From Bugula neritina (lineage: Eukaryota; Animalia; Bryozoa): DNA of 35,668 nucleotides. Shown here piece by piece: positions 11,755 through 25,301 of this stretch; position 1 is the stretch's first letter; the number at the start of each line of letters is the position of its first letter. Below the pieces are notes generated by a model. The model saw nothing but the letters and a program-made list of their open reading frames with translations. It was not told the origin of the DNA and made no database searches. The stretch spans positions 29,620-65,287 of the forward strand of contig CAXIUT010000161.1 of assembly GCA_964035545.1 (NCBI GenBank). The letters run 5' to 3'. The position numbers and the translations under genes were made by a program.

Positions 11755-13514
11755 ATGATAGGATAGAAAGTAGTTGAGCAGAAAATCAAAGATAGCAAAG
11801 AGCTCATCATCCAGAACATGGAGAAAGCCATCCAGCAAAAGATGGTTTACATGTTTCTGAAGGAAAGAAAAAAAGAAGCAGAAGTCAAACACTACTCTGT
11901 CAACCCTAAGGATGGAATCATCAAAATTGAATTCATTGATCACTAAAAAGCAGAAGAATTTTATAATGAAGCTAATTTTAAAGAAAAAATTCTATTCAGA
12001 CCTTTCAACATCTACTTTAACCTGACTCTCAACGACTCAGAAATGAAAAAGTACTACTTAGAAGGAATCAACGAAGACAACCAAAGAAAACTTTTCGAAA
12101 CTGCTAGAAAGTTAGGAATCTGCAAACTTTACACTAGTTATGGTAGTGGATCCAAAGGAAAGCTAAAATCAAATGGACTTATCAGTTTTATCAGAAATGA
12201 TGATATTCCAGAAAAAGACCTTAAAAATCTCACTGAAGAACTTAGTGCTATTGGAATCAAGATATCTAAATATATCCATGACAAAGGAATGAAAGTATCT
12301 CTGAATCTTTTGAATTTCCTTAAGTGTGAAGATTACTCTGATAAAGATGAAAATAATTTGATTGAACTTGGAGAAATTTAGGCACAAAAACTTTTAGAAG
12401 AATTCGCACCCAAAGTAAAAGTTCAACATATCTCATGCCTGGTCAAAAGAAAAGAAGTTCCAGAAGGTACTGGATAAAACAAAACAACTACTACTAAAAT
12501 ATCAACCAGTGCTTTAATTGAACTTGAAAACTCATAAACTACTTACTAAATCTATGAAAAACTTAGAAAAGGACTCATCAAAAGAGGATAAGCTAGAGTT
12601 AAACTTTTCTTCCATAATGAAGAAAATAACTCTTTCCTTTCACTTATCACCCAGGGATTGAACAAACCAGAAGAACAATCTTAAAAATAATTTTAAGAAG
12701 ATCTCATCAATGGATTCAAACAAATCAATAAAAATGTCCTTCAAGTTAACATCTTTCCAGTAAGGTTTAACAACACTTATATCGGAAGAGTCTACCTAAC
12801 AACTGAAGAAGAAGGAAAACACTTCTTAGTTGACTACTCCTTCTACAGAGAAAAAATATTTAAATTCTACAAAGACGCTAAATCTCCTCCTACCTTTAAC
12901 ATATGTGTTGATACCAAAACTCTAAGAAGAATCAAGTTTGCTGAAAAGAAAGCAAAAGAAACAGAAGAAAAAATCAAAAAACAAACTGAAGCTAGCAGAA
13001 GATAAATCAAAAAACCACCAATGTTCCAACCAATCCCTGGAAATCCTCAACTTATGCCACCAATTCCTGGAGGAGTCATGATGCCTCAACCTATTGGAGG
13101 TTTAGGAGCTATTGGAGGTCAAATTGGAGGTCCAATCGGAGGAGTTGGAGTAATGCCACCAAGAGGAGTAGATAATATGATGATGATGCCAGCTCCTTTC
13201 CCACCTAAGGCCCCTGTAGCAATGCAACAACAACCTCAAAGCATGAAGGCCAGATTGAACTCAATCATTAGAGACAGAGTGAAACTTAACGAAATGGAAT
13301 AAAATCAAGCTAAGAGAATCATTGCTGATCCCTTGAAAACACTTTTGGAAGAGAATAACTATGCATCTGGACAATAATCGCTCAGAATGACAAGTACTTT
13401 TTTATTTATTTAGATGGATTAATGAAACTTAATAAAACTGATACTCTATTGAACTTCCTCGAATTCCCAGATACCCTAAGAGAAGCCGTCACCAAATTCA
13501 AAAACGAAATGTGA
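11755..13514 (+). CDS. Divergent poly(A)-binding-protein-like: degenerate RRM-like region, Pro/Met/Gly linker, MLLE-like C-terminus
   Basis: Continuous frame from ATG 11755. Linker MFQPIPGNPQLMPPIPGG. After the 20-nt intron 13394-13413 it reads RMTNGLMKLNKTDTLLNFLEFPDTLREAV, resembling PABC [28 protein letters not shown]. Confidence 0.6.
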
Positions 13515-13681
13515 CTTACTCAATGATTCACCATAAATATCATCTAAAAATATTATTATTGAATAACCTAAGAACCTTGAATATCCTTTAAAAGGATTCA
13601 AGATCTTGATTAAGGAGTTTTGATAAAAGTAATAAAGGAATAAGAATATTGATTAAAATATTAAATTAATATTGTGGTAAA

Positions 13682-14186
13682 ATGGGTAGAATGCAATGCA
13701 AAGGCAAAGGAAAAGGTATCAGCTCAGCTGTTACTCCATTTAAAAGAAGATCCGCTCGATGGGTCGCACACACCCCAAGATCTATCAGTGAACTCATCGT
13801 CACTATGGCAAAAAAGGGAATGTCCCCTTCCCAAATTGGTGTTGCCATCAGAGATAAATAAGCCGTACCCAGCATCAAGCTCCTTACTGGACAAAAAATT
13901 GTCAGACTCCTCAAGAAAAATGGTATTTTCATTCCTACTTAGGATGTGCTCCATAAATCCCTGAAGATATCTATTGCATGATCAAGAAAGCTGTTAACAT
14001 CAGACGTCATCTTGAAAAGTGCCGAAAAGACAAGGATGCTAAGTACAGATTGATTTTGATTGAATCAAGAATCCACAGATTGGCTCGTTATTACAGAAGA
14101 ACTTCTCGTCTTCCCAACAAATGGAAATAGTATTTTAATATTTATTTAGCTCTGCCAAAACAGCTACCGCACTCGTCTCTGCCTGA
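13682..14186 (+). CDS. RPS13: 40S ribosomal protein S13 (uS15)
   Basis: [15 protein letters not shown] ... [11 protein letters not shown] ... APEIPED ... [22 protein letters not shown]; 20-nt introns 13923-13942 and 14130-14149. Confidence 0.97.
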
Positions 14187-14557
14187 TTGTTTTGAAATCT
14201 ATTATCTCAATTCTCTATTAATATCACTTCATACTGTTTTATTGAAAGGAATAATTAAAAATTGGATATTTTTAAACCATAAATATGATAAAGTAAAATA
14301 TCAAAAAAATCTTTTAGCAACTTGAAAAAAACAATCCAGAAGATTAGTCTTCAAAAAATAATTTTCATAGTAATTTGAAGTGATGGAAACAGATTTCTTC
14401 AAAAGATCTTTGGAGAGTAATTTATATTCAAGATCATTAGTCTTTAGAGTTATCTCTGAATTAATCATTAAAGTTCTCTTTTATATTCAATTGATCATAA
14501 TAAAGAGCTTCATTCTTAGTTATTAAATAAAGATCAATAATCTTAATATTAAATTAG

Positions 14558-15618
14558 ATGAGCCAAAAGTCTCCAAGCTCTCGTCCTTCAGTCACAACTA
14601 ATTTCTAAACTCCATCTCGAAAACCAACCCAACACCATTGTAATGCAGACAAAAAGCAACGTCCTTTTTCAAACATAGACCCCAATACCCTCGCTCCCCT
14701 TTGCCGAATTCTTTTCAAATAAGAATAGTCGTATCCCAAGAACAACCCAGTCAATATTCACACCAAACTTCTGCGCTGATTTACAAATTTGATCATTTAT
14801 TGACTGTTTTTACTCTTTATTGTGTTCTTTCTATAATATATGTATATAGAGGATTGCACCAAAAAAGAGATATTCGGGTCTTTCGAAAGATCCAAGCTTC
14901 CACTCAACCTCATCGACTATAATTGCGAAATGCACATAGAATAGTACCAGCAAGTTGTTATCGATATATCCAGGGACCTATTTCATAATAAATCAACTAT
15001 TTTAAATTCACTCCCAAAGCTGGAATCAAAGGAGAACCTTTCACGATTAAGATTGACTCCATTCTTAAACCTAAAAATTTGATTTACTAGTACAAAATAA
15101 TAGACAATGAGGCATAAAAAGGTAGTGAACCTGAAGTGATTATTGGAGAGAAAATGTAGTTTAAATTTCAAACTACAGTGATATAAGCCAAAAAACCATA
15201 AAGTCATATGGAAAACCTGCCAGAACCAGATTCAGATGGATAAATAGTACTTAGAGATATCGATTAAAGCAGATTAAATTCAAATTTTATACGATTAATT
15301 GAGTCAGGTTAAGAAGATAATATATCAGCTTAGTCCAGGTATTATGAACCTTCTGAAGGAGATAAAGGAAACATTAAAATAGAACTTTCCAGTTATCTTC
15401 ACATAGAATAAAATCGTTTCTCAAAACTCAAATAAATTAGAAGCTTTTTAGCAACCAAAGGACATAAAATATCATAAAATGCTCTCAAAAACTTGCTCAT
15501 ATAAATTTGTAAAGGCAATCCTTTTGATAAAAAAACAGGTTTCATCCTCAAAGACTTTTTCTTCAATCGGGAAGAGTATGAAAGAAGAAACCCTAAGAAA
15601 AAGATAAAATAATAATGA
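14558..15618 (+). CDS. Hypothetical protein
   Basis: ATG 14558. A 20-nt intron at 14731-14750 (gtatcccaagaacaacccag) joins it to a long open frame ending TAA TAA TGA at 15618. Confidence 0.65.
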
Positions 15619-15633
15619 TAAAATAAATCTTAA

Positions 15634-17143
15634 TCAAACAGTAGCAATCACTTATCATTGTAACCTTTCAAAAGGTGTTCTCTCGCGAACAGAACTCAGC
15701 ATTTTGCTTTTTTCTGGCATTCGCTCTATAATTTGACTCTGTTCGCTTTCATCAGAAGGAAACAGAACTCTGAAGGGTCTTTTTAATTCATCACATGCAA
15801 AATCATCTTCAGATAATTTTTAGTTAGCTTCTGTCTTTCTTGAAAAAGTTATTTATCTTGTTCTTTTTTCTCTTCCTCTTTATTTTCCCTTTTCTTTGTC
15901 AATAGCAAGCTCTTCTTTGATTCTTTCAATAATTTATTCTTCTTTTAATTTTTGAAGAGAAATCTTTTGCGAAGGACTAATAGTTCTTATTTTAAGTAAG
16001 TTTTAATCAAATTTATTGATTTTGTTGTTCAAAGAAGAGGTAATAAATTGAAATTAGTTCTCTTTCATAATAGCAAATTTCTTCATATTTTTGTATTATT
16101 TTATCTCCTGCTGAATGTCTCTCATACTATTCAATATATCATAGAGTTAATCCTGACGAACTTTTTATTCTTTTTCTCTCTAAATCATAAAAAAAATACC
16201 TTCTTTCTCAATTCTCCCAACCCAGAAATCCACTCTTTATGAATCCTCTCTAATATCTCTATTATATATCTAAATTTCTCTTCTTCATAGACTATTTAAT
16301 CTTCAATTATCTCCATTTCCTATTTAACACAACTTCGTTCGGTTTCAATTCGAGCTCTTTCTTCTAAACTTTTTAACCTTAACTCAAATTTAGTTATTTG
16401 CTGTAGTCTAACTGAATTGCTTTGATTATCACTCTCCTATCCTCGAATTTATTCAATTTTGAAATTTTGCTGAAGTAAATTAATCGCACATTTTGAACAG
16501 TAAAACATCTCTTCTTCTCCTTCACTCAACTCAGCTAATAATCTATATTTAGCCTGAATAAATATAAATATACTTTTTTGGTTGGATGATTTACACAATG
16601 TCCGATTCCTTATCCCAAATTAAAGTCATTGAGACTTTTACACATACCACGGTTGGCATTAGCAATGATTTAATCAATGACATCATTTTTAGTTATTTTA
16701 TCTATGTTATACTATCTAGAAGTGAGGATTCCATTTCTGCCGACATCTCCAAAAGTAAGATGTTACCCTTTTCTAAAACCTTATTCATTAGCTTCAGTGA
16801 CCATTTTTGGTCTAAACTTAACAAAATCTTGACTTTTCTGCAACTATCCCTAACCATATTTTCCTTTTACTTTTCTAAATTGCATCATCTATTGTTCATT
16901 AATTGAGGTTTGCAACCTTTTAGGCCATTCTAAAGACTTAACTACATCTATTTGGCCTAATTTCCCTTATTTTTTAAACACATTATAGTTGACTGCATTA
17001 TGATTATTTTCTTTGTTATGGTTGATCTAGCTCTGTCCCTTCCAAAGAGAAGGAGTTGATTCATAATTGCTTCCTAGAGGATTATAACGATTGTTGTGCT
17101 GTTGACTCTACCTTTCACGTAAAGTTTTAGACTTATTGTTCAT
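15634..17143 (-). CDS. B-box-like zinc finger plus coiled-coil protein
   Basis: ATG 17143. CVNHPTKKAKY...FYCSKCAINL followed by Glu-rich coiled coil. 20-nt introns 16554-16573 and 16180-16199. Confidence 0.7.
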
Positions 17144-17350
17144 TTTTGAATTTTAACAGATCAAGATAAATATTATTCTTATAAATTCAAGGTCAATTTA
17201 TTTTTTTCTACTCTCAAGTAGAATAATTGTAATCAAACAAACAAACTTAAATATAAATCAATTCTCAGATAGATCTTTTTTATTTGATAAAAGATTATTT
17301 CTAGATTATTTCTATAGCTTAAGTTTTATAATAAATACTCTTCTGACAGA

Positions 17351-17739
17351 ATGGGAAATACGATTGCTCAAACAATATCAGTTAAACTTTACCCACTAAT
17401 CAAAAAGAACCTTTTTCCCCTTATTTAAAAAAACCTTTAAAACAGATAGGCAAAAAAACTCAAACAGCATTTGACTCACTTTTTAATGATATGTAGGAAG
17501 CTATTCTACCGATTAATTTTGTTTATGAAGTAAAAAAAGGATCAGCTACGGGATAGTATGCAGATAAAATTAATTTCATTAGTTTTTTAGTATCTCTTAG
17601 AGTTAAATTTGAAATGTGGATAGAAAAAGGATTCCCTAATTACCTTAAAGCAAAAATAAGTTTTCAAACAAAAGTAGGACTGACTCAATGGTCAACAGCT
17701 ATTTCAGCATTGGTTTAGATTCGATGCAGTCTTTTTTGA
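17351..17739 (+). CDS. Possible small protein (MG- start, C-terminal CSLF); structure uncertain
   Basis: Two overlapping TGA-free frames (17351-17683 and 17347-17739). They could be joined by a 20-nt GT..AT segment at 17381-17400. Confidence 0.35.
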
Positions 17740-17801
17740 TACTATGATATTTTGTTTGAGTACTTAATGAATAGTAACTTATAGTTTTAAGTTATAAATT
17801 A

Positions 17802-20055
17802 ATGTAAAAAAATAATAAGGGATAAGAAGAAGAATCAAACATAACAGTAGCTATCAGGATCAGACCTCTCAATATCAAAGAGTCTAACTCAGGAGACAAC
17901 GACATCATCAGAGTTCAAGACAATCTTATCGTTTTTAACATTTAATTCAGATAATTCTAGATCCGTTAGACGCATAACTCGAATAAAAGAAAATGGTAGA
18001 TGTTCTACATAGATCGAAATAACAGAGATATGCTTTTGATAAAATATATCGTAACCACAACAACTAAAATGTACAACATCCTCTCACTCAGATCTATTTC
18101 GAAACCACCCATCCCCTGATCAAAACAGTCCTCAATGGCTACAATGCCACCGTTTTCGCTTATGGACCCACAGGTACAGGAAAAACATATACTATGATCG
18201 GTAACCAATAAACTTTTGGACTCAAGTTATTCATTTCTTATTTTTAGTGTTTTAGCTATTAGAGATATATTCTACTATATCGATAAAGACCCAGATAACA
18301 AATACGATGTTATCATCACTTATGTGGAAATATACAATGAAATGATTCGAGATTTATTAGTTCCTTCTCCTGGGTATCTGGAGTTGAGAGATGATCCTGA
18401 AAAAGGTATCGTTATGGCAGGAGTTACATAATTTAAAGCCTAATCTACTGAACAAGTTATGAATCTACTGCTTATTGGAAATAGAAGAAGAACTACCTAA
18501 GCTACAAATGCTAATCAGACTTCATCACGTAGTCATGCAGTTTTTCAAATTAGTATTATCAAAACTAACAAGACTAAAAATATTAAGGTAGAAAATATAC
18601 TTGGAAAGTTGTCATTGATTGACTTGGCAGGATCAGAAAGAGGAACTGTAACATAAAATAGAGGAATTAGATTGATGTAAGGTGCTAAAATCAATCGCTC
18701 TCTACTAGCTTTAGCTAACTGTATTAACGCTCTTGGTGACAAAAATAAAAAAGGATTTTTTGTACCTTACAGAGTATTTTTATTCTTATTTAGGATTCAA
18801 AACTAACAAGACTTCTCAAAGACTCATTAGGAGGCAACTGCAAAACAGTTATGATTGTCAATGTGAGTCCTTCAAGTTCTCAGTTTGAAGAAACAGTTAA
18901 TACTTTGAAATATGCTAACAGAGCTAAGAATATAAAAACAAAAGCAATAACTAATAAGAAATTAGTGGCTTTGCATATCAGTTAGTACAAAAATATAATT
19001 AACGACCTGCATAGAGAAATATAAGAACTTAAAGTACGATTAAGTGAGAACAGAGGACTATAAAATCGATAAAATATAGAAATTAAAGATAAGTTGCCAA
19101 GAATTGAGAGTAGACATGGCAAGAGCTCAATTCCTAATGACGGAATTTGCAATAATTGTGGAAGAATAGATGAAAAATAAGATATAAGAACAATAAAAGA
19201 ACTTATTTTCTAGAACTTCAATGAAAGAATTCAGTTGAGAAGAGCTATGATGTAGATAGAAGAACAAAATGCTCTAAATGTCCTGGAAATGAGAAAGAAA
19301 AGTGGAGAAATAGCACTCATGAAGAAAACAGAGAACTGGGAAGATAACATATAGATCAGCAACTAAATAAAAGAAATGAGCAAAGTTATTCACACTCTAA
19401 AATTAAGTACTAACAAAAATATGCTCAAAAAGTAAATTACTAACCTACAAATTATGGAAAGTATGGCTGCTACCAAGAAAATCAGATAAGATATTATGAA
19501 AAAAATAAGATCTAAATAGAACAGAGACACCTTATGTACATTCTTATCTATTCAGAAATAATTATAAAAAATCATGTACTAGAACTTCAAAATATATAAC
19601 TTGAAATAAATCTTCAAATTCAAGAGAGGATGATTACCGATATGAGACAAATCATTTTCACTCAGAAAAATATCCTTGAGGAAAATGGAATCGAAGCAGT
19701 CCAAGGAGAAGAAGAGCTACCTGCTCCTGATGAGATAGAAATAGAACTGGAAGAAGAAGAACTACAGGAAGAAGAACATTCCAATGGAGATTAAGAGGAA
19801 ATGTTTGATAACTTTGATGAGATAGAAAGTTATAAGAACTTTTAGTTTGGAAAAAATAAGTATATGAACAGAAATCAATCAGCAAAGAAAGAAACTTCGG
19901 ATAAAAGAAGTAAAAAGGATGAAGGATCGTTTAAAAAGAAATAAAAAGAAGGAAGATAAAAATCAGTCGATAAGCCTCTGCTACAAATCCCTCAACCACC
20001 GATTAACGACTTCAGTCTCAAAGGATTAAAAATGAATGTCAAAAAAAAGAAATGA
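17802..20055 (+). CDS. Kinesin-8 family motor (KIF18/KIF19-like)
   Basis: [86 protein letters not shown]. Introns 17931-17950, 18071-18091, 18226-18247, 18774-18793, 19536-19555. Confidence 0.95.
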
Positions 20056-20124
20056 TCTCTCTAATTTAACAAATATCAAAGTATTATTATTCAATAAATA
20101 TCAATAAATATAAACACAATAAGA

Positions 20125-22383
20125 TCATTTGAAGTTATCTTATATTTCAGGTTGAAAGAGCACTCCCGTTCCAGTATAAAACTTTCCCATCCATTCCACC
20201 CAATGCAACCTCACAACATGCATCAGACATTCCATCACATCCAACAATAACATCATTCCAATCGTTGTTAAAAAGAAGACTAAACAACGAAGTAGTGATA
20301 TATATGATTGCTGAGCAGATAGTGTTGATAAAAGAAAATCTAGTAGAAGATGAGATAGTTTAGCATGTGCTAGAGATAAAGCAAATAATCTTAGATATGA
20401 TGTGGTGCTACTTATTAGAGAAAGGACATATTAGAAGACTTATAAAGCACCTAATTAACTTTATTATTCTTATTAGTAGTAATATGTTATAGCTTTGTCA
20501 ACATTTTTGACCAAATCTTATCGACTACGACTCAGTTCTTGATTCATTTCTTCATCTATATCATCTTACTATAATTTCTAGTATTTATTACTTTTCTTTT
20601 TACCTTGATTAATACTTTTATTATTCATCCAAAATTGTTATAACCGATGTCGAAAGGTATGATTAAACACCATCACTATCAAACAAAGACTACTAATTGT
20701 ATTCAATATCGATCCTACTTCTTTTTATCTTTGCATTGAACCCAAAATACTCACTTTTCTATCTTTATATCCAAGAAAAAGTTATAACATTGTGTTGATA
20801 ATCGATGGAGCTACACTTTCACGTCCGCTGTAGTCAGTTAGCCATTTAGTTATGATCAGATATACCAGATAACCTACAGTTGTACACATTAATACCAATT
20901 TAGGAATAGAATCGAAGTAAAATCGTTTCATTTGACCTCTCTTGATCTAGTTAACCATTTTTAGAACAACACCGAAAACCATATGAATAAAAGCAACTAC
21001 CATACTTAACTTCATTTTAAGAGAATTTTAGAAATTAAGACCATTTTATGCAACTCCCCATTGCCCTCCTATAATTCCCAAATGATCAACAAGTATAATT
21101 TTCATCCCAAAAAACTAGTTATAAATCATCCCACAGTAACAACTCATGCACCCCATCAAATAAAAAATAACTCCCAAATCAAAAAAATATGCAATAGCTA
21201 GCAACATCAACCCATGTCCCATATCACTAAACATCATCCCGAATAGTATCGGCACTGTTGCTAACATAAAAACTGAAGGAAGAACTTAGTTGTATTTAGG
21301 AATCGAATATAACTATGTGAGAATGTTTACTTAGAATAAACAAGATAGACGAGGCATTATTGTACGAGGTTTGTGCTGGTCTTCAATCGGTATCAGTGAG
21401 ACAGGTAAATTAGGCATATTTTCATTTTAAGGGACATGAATAGTAAATAAATGATGGTTAGCTGGTGAACCCAAAGGTTTGCTATGACAGATAATATAGA
21501 TAATTCTTTATAGATAAATAATGCGAGCCAAATGACATTGTAAACTTGATTCAGGAATAGACAAATGTTCATGCAACATCTTGGTAAATTGCTACCCAGT
21601 AATATCCAGTAATTTACTATATTATTTTATCTTTTCATTAAGAGTCGTTTCGTAGTTCATCAAATGCTATCCGATATTTGGTAGATCATAAAGAGTAGAT
21701 TTGTTTAGCTAGAACAAAGTGTTGAGTCTGGTACTGATATTTTTGTAAACTCCTCTGTTAACAAAACAAATAAACATATCTCTGTTATTTTAACTGTATC
21801 TATCTTTAAAAACAATGTATGAATGCCCATGAGTTCTTCTGAAAAGTAATTTTTAAATTATATACCTATCCTTTCTAAAACAAGTTCCAGTCAATACTAC
21901 AAACTCATTATCAACATTTTGCTTACCTGCTATCTCCAATTTAGCTCTCACCAAATCTCTCTCCTCTTCCAACCTACACAAATCATTCACTACATTATCA
22001 TAACTATCAGTCATATGTCCAAATTTCTACAATTTCTCAGTCACAATTCCCTCCTACATATCCAAATACCGAATATAATCGATCTGTTTCTCATCGATAT
22101 AATCTTTCATCCTTCCAATAGTCACCTCTTTCTCCTGAGAACTCAATACTGGCACTTCTTCTCCATACTTTTCTTTTATTTTATCTATCAAAGCTGACAA
22201 TTTAAACTTCAACTGACGAACTCGAGAATAAATCATATAGAACGGATCGCTCGAATCGTCATAAGGATTCATCTGGAACTAGACAAATCCAGTTGAAATG
22301 AGAATGTCGATTACAGTTGGCGCTTGATGGTGTTGAAGAATCAAAGAGTAGGTTCGAACGGGAGGAGAAAACAATAGATTCAT
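20125..22383 (-). CDS. V-type H+-ATPase V0 subunit a (divergent isoform)
   Basis: FGMMFSDMGHG, YNEFFG, NSLKMKLS, SYLRLFALSLAHAKLS (essential Arg retained), RLHWVEWMGKFYTGTG. Start and stop share a frame. Confidence 0.92.
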
Positions 22384-22417
22384 TATTATAAAATATCAAT
22401 AAACATGTGTACAATCC

Positions 22418-23305
22418 TCATTTATCCAAATTTTGCATCATAAATTTAAAACGATGCTCATGCTTATCTAAAGACAAATGTCTAGATCCACGACTCTCAC
22501 TCTCAGACCAATCATTCATACTTCTATCATCTCTTCCCACTGTCCTCTCATCTCTCATCACTACTCTTGGTTGGACATTTTTAAGAGATAGCTTGTTTTC
22601 AGGTTGACAAAACATTCTCAAATGCTGCTCTGACTTCTCTCTATTCACTGTATTGGATTGAGTAGAATAATCTAAATTAAAACTACCTTCATTATTATAA
22701 GAAATAGTTTTATAGTCATTTTTTCTGTTGAACTGCCCAAACATCATCTTCTCCTTTGACTTAGAACTATTAGTTTTAGCAGGTCTATTGGGTCCAACTC
22801 CACAAAATCTTAAAGGCTAATCTCTTCGATCAGAATTTGCTGTACTAATGATTAAATGCTATCCACTTCTTTGATTCTTTTAAAGATCTTAGTATCGTCT
22901 AATCATGTAATTTAAAGTATCCATTAATTTTCTTTAACTATCTTGTGTTCTTTTTAAATTTTATTCAAGGGTATTTATTTTAAGATTAACCATTCGAAAT
23001 CTTTAATCCTCGTCTCTTTGTCTCATTTCATTAGGCATTATTTATACTCTACTCGAATTGAGAAGTGTATTCATTTTTTATGTAAGAGAAAGCATCTGTC
23101 TATCATAATTTCTACAAAAATCAATGATTATTTTATTGATATTTTCTAACCTGTGATTAACTTAAAGCACATGTTGAGATGACTGTTGAGGCATTTTAGA
23201 TGTAATTGATTTCCAAGTCATAAATTGATAGTTTAAACCCTAGATCTACCTCTGTAAGGCATGAGTCATGTTTCTCTGATTGTCAATGTTGGTATTTATA
23301 AACAT
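22418..23305 (-). CDS. Hypothetical coiled-coil protein
   Basis: Intronless TGA-free frame from ATG 23305, extending the 109-aa ORF-track fragment through TAR codons. Confidence 0.65.
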
Positions 23306-23431
23306 TTATATTATATTTATTTAGATTTGTATTATTATCTTGAATTGAGGATTAATCAAGATTATTCTTTTAAAAATTTTTCAATTATAAGTTTTTTTAT
23401 TGTTTTGAGTTATTTAAAACAGTTATTACAA

Positions 23432-24207
23432 ATGGAACCATAAGAAATGGACCCTGAAAAAATACAAAAATTACAAAAACTATGGAAGGTTTTTGGCAGA
23501 TAAACAAAAGCAGGTAAATAAATGTTCGATCTCTACAACATAGCCTAAAAACCTAAACTTAACTACCCAAAACCAAAGCCAAAATCTCAAAAATAACTTG
23601 ATGCATAAAAATAAAAACTAATCTCAACTAAAAAATGCCCACAAAAAACACAAATATAATACCCTGATCAACCACAACCTGAAAGGCCAGCTCTCCATCC
23701 AGTTGATTTCATTCCTAAAAGAAAAAATTAATCAGTCATTCGAAAAGAAATCTAAGCTTACTACTAACAAAGAGCGAGAAATATTCCAGTTAATAGAGGA
23801 GTTGATAGAGCTAACTTAGTTAAGAAATTACAATAAAGATTTAATATGCAAAGAGGAATTCTTCCCAAAGGAGCACAACTGCCATCCCTAAGTTTAAACA
23901 CTAAATTTGATTAAGAAGTCATCAAAGAAAATGCTAAAATTAAAGTTGATAAAAAAGGACAAAACTATACACTACCTCTGGTATTCATGAGTTAATTTAG
24001 AAAAATAATTAGAAAAAATAAGTTCATAAAGACTCTACAAACTAACTCGATGAACTTTTTGATAAAATAGTAGCAGAGATAGATGAAAGACAAAAATACC
24101 TCGAGAGTATAGAGCATCTTGATGAGCCTAAAATGAAGGACAAGATCAAGAAGTAGATGATTGAGAGGGTAGGAGAGCTTCAAAAGATAACATAGTTAAA
24201 AAAATGA
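23432..24207 (+). CDS. UPF0193/EVG1-like protein
   Basis: C-terminus ELDELFDKIVAEIDERQKYLESIE...KEMIERVGELQKI resembles the UPF0193 family from memory. 20-nt intron 23981-24000. Confidence 0.6.
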
Positions 24208-24696
24208 TTTTGACTTAATATAAATTTAAAAAGCCTTATTCAAAATTCAATTCTCACTTTAAAGGTTTTTTTATTTTGTTATTAAATCGACTAAAGCTAT
24301 ATGATTTTGGATAGTCAAGGTTTGTTAGTTTAGATTCCGATTGTTAGTTATTTTACATTTGATATTATCTTTGTTGATAATATAAAAGTCCAACGAAATA
24401 AAAGATTATTTCTAATTGTAACTATTTTCTCTTTTTTGAGTTATGTTCAGGTCAGCTTTCAGTAGAAGGTTTTATTTTAAATTTGTACTTCTGAAATGTT
24501 GCTTTCGTAAAAGTCAGAGCAAAAGTAATTGATTTAAACACTTTCAATAATCTGGAAATAAAGGCGATAAGGCTCAGCTGAGTTTGATTCTATCTTGATT
24601 ACCCTTAAGGAAAAGACTTTATTATGAATTCTTCATGCTAGAAAAAAAGTTTTAATATTTTTTCCCGACAAGAATCATAATAATTTAAAAAACTTC

Positions 24697-25301
24697 ATGA
24701 AACTCTCAGGATAACTTCTCAAGTACAATAAAGTATGCCAACAAAAAAAGTTTCATCTACTTTGTTTAGTTTTGAGATAAAAAATGCTCATTAAAGACGT
24801 AGTCATAATTATACTAAGGCAGCATAAATAATAGGAATAAATTACTCTACAGCAAAAACTATACTTTTCTTTCATAGGAATGGAGACAAGTCCTATCAAT
24901 TTGATCTTAAAAATTCATCAACGGTTAATTCCTCAGGTCAAGAAAGATGTACATATAGAGATTTATCAATTAAAATTTAATAATAATTAGATATTTCCCC
25001 CTAGTTTAAACAGATTGAAGTCATTAGCACTAGTGGAATTTGCAATAGAAACAATCAACTCCCTATCGAAGTCTTGAAAACAAATAACGTACAATGTAAA
25101 GAAAAAAAAAATTCTCACTCTAAATTCAATAAGTTACTAAATGTTTTAAAAAAAGACAGCGACTTTTAGATCAAAAATTAAAAAATATTGATTGAATCGA
25201 ATAGACCTAAGACTCGCTCTCAAGCAAATACATTGAGATTAATGACAAACAAATGTTAGATTTAAGCCTAGATGATAAAGGAATAATCTATTTCTGATAA
25301 A
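24697..25301 (+). CDS. Ciliate helix-turn-helix (homeodomain-like) protein, 3'-truncated by an internal telomere tract
   Basis: MLIKD|AAEIIGINYSTAKTIL motif formed across the 20-nt intron 24799-24818. Reads ...ESISDKPNPNPN into the repeat with no stop. Start uncertain. Confidence 0.7.

Noticed and set aside
24301-24627. 108-codon ORF in frame with the HTH gene and separated from it by one TGA
   Set aside because: It has no recognisable motif, and ORFs of this length arise by chance with a single stop codon. There is no evidence for readthrough.
25295-25297. TGA just before the internal telomere as the stop of the HTH gene
   Set aside because: It is out of frame with the spliced ORF, which reads TCT GAT AAA CCC.
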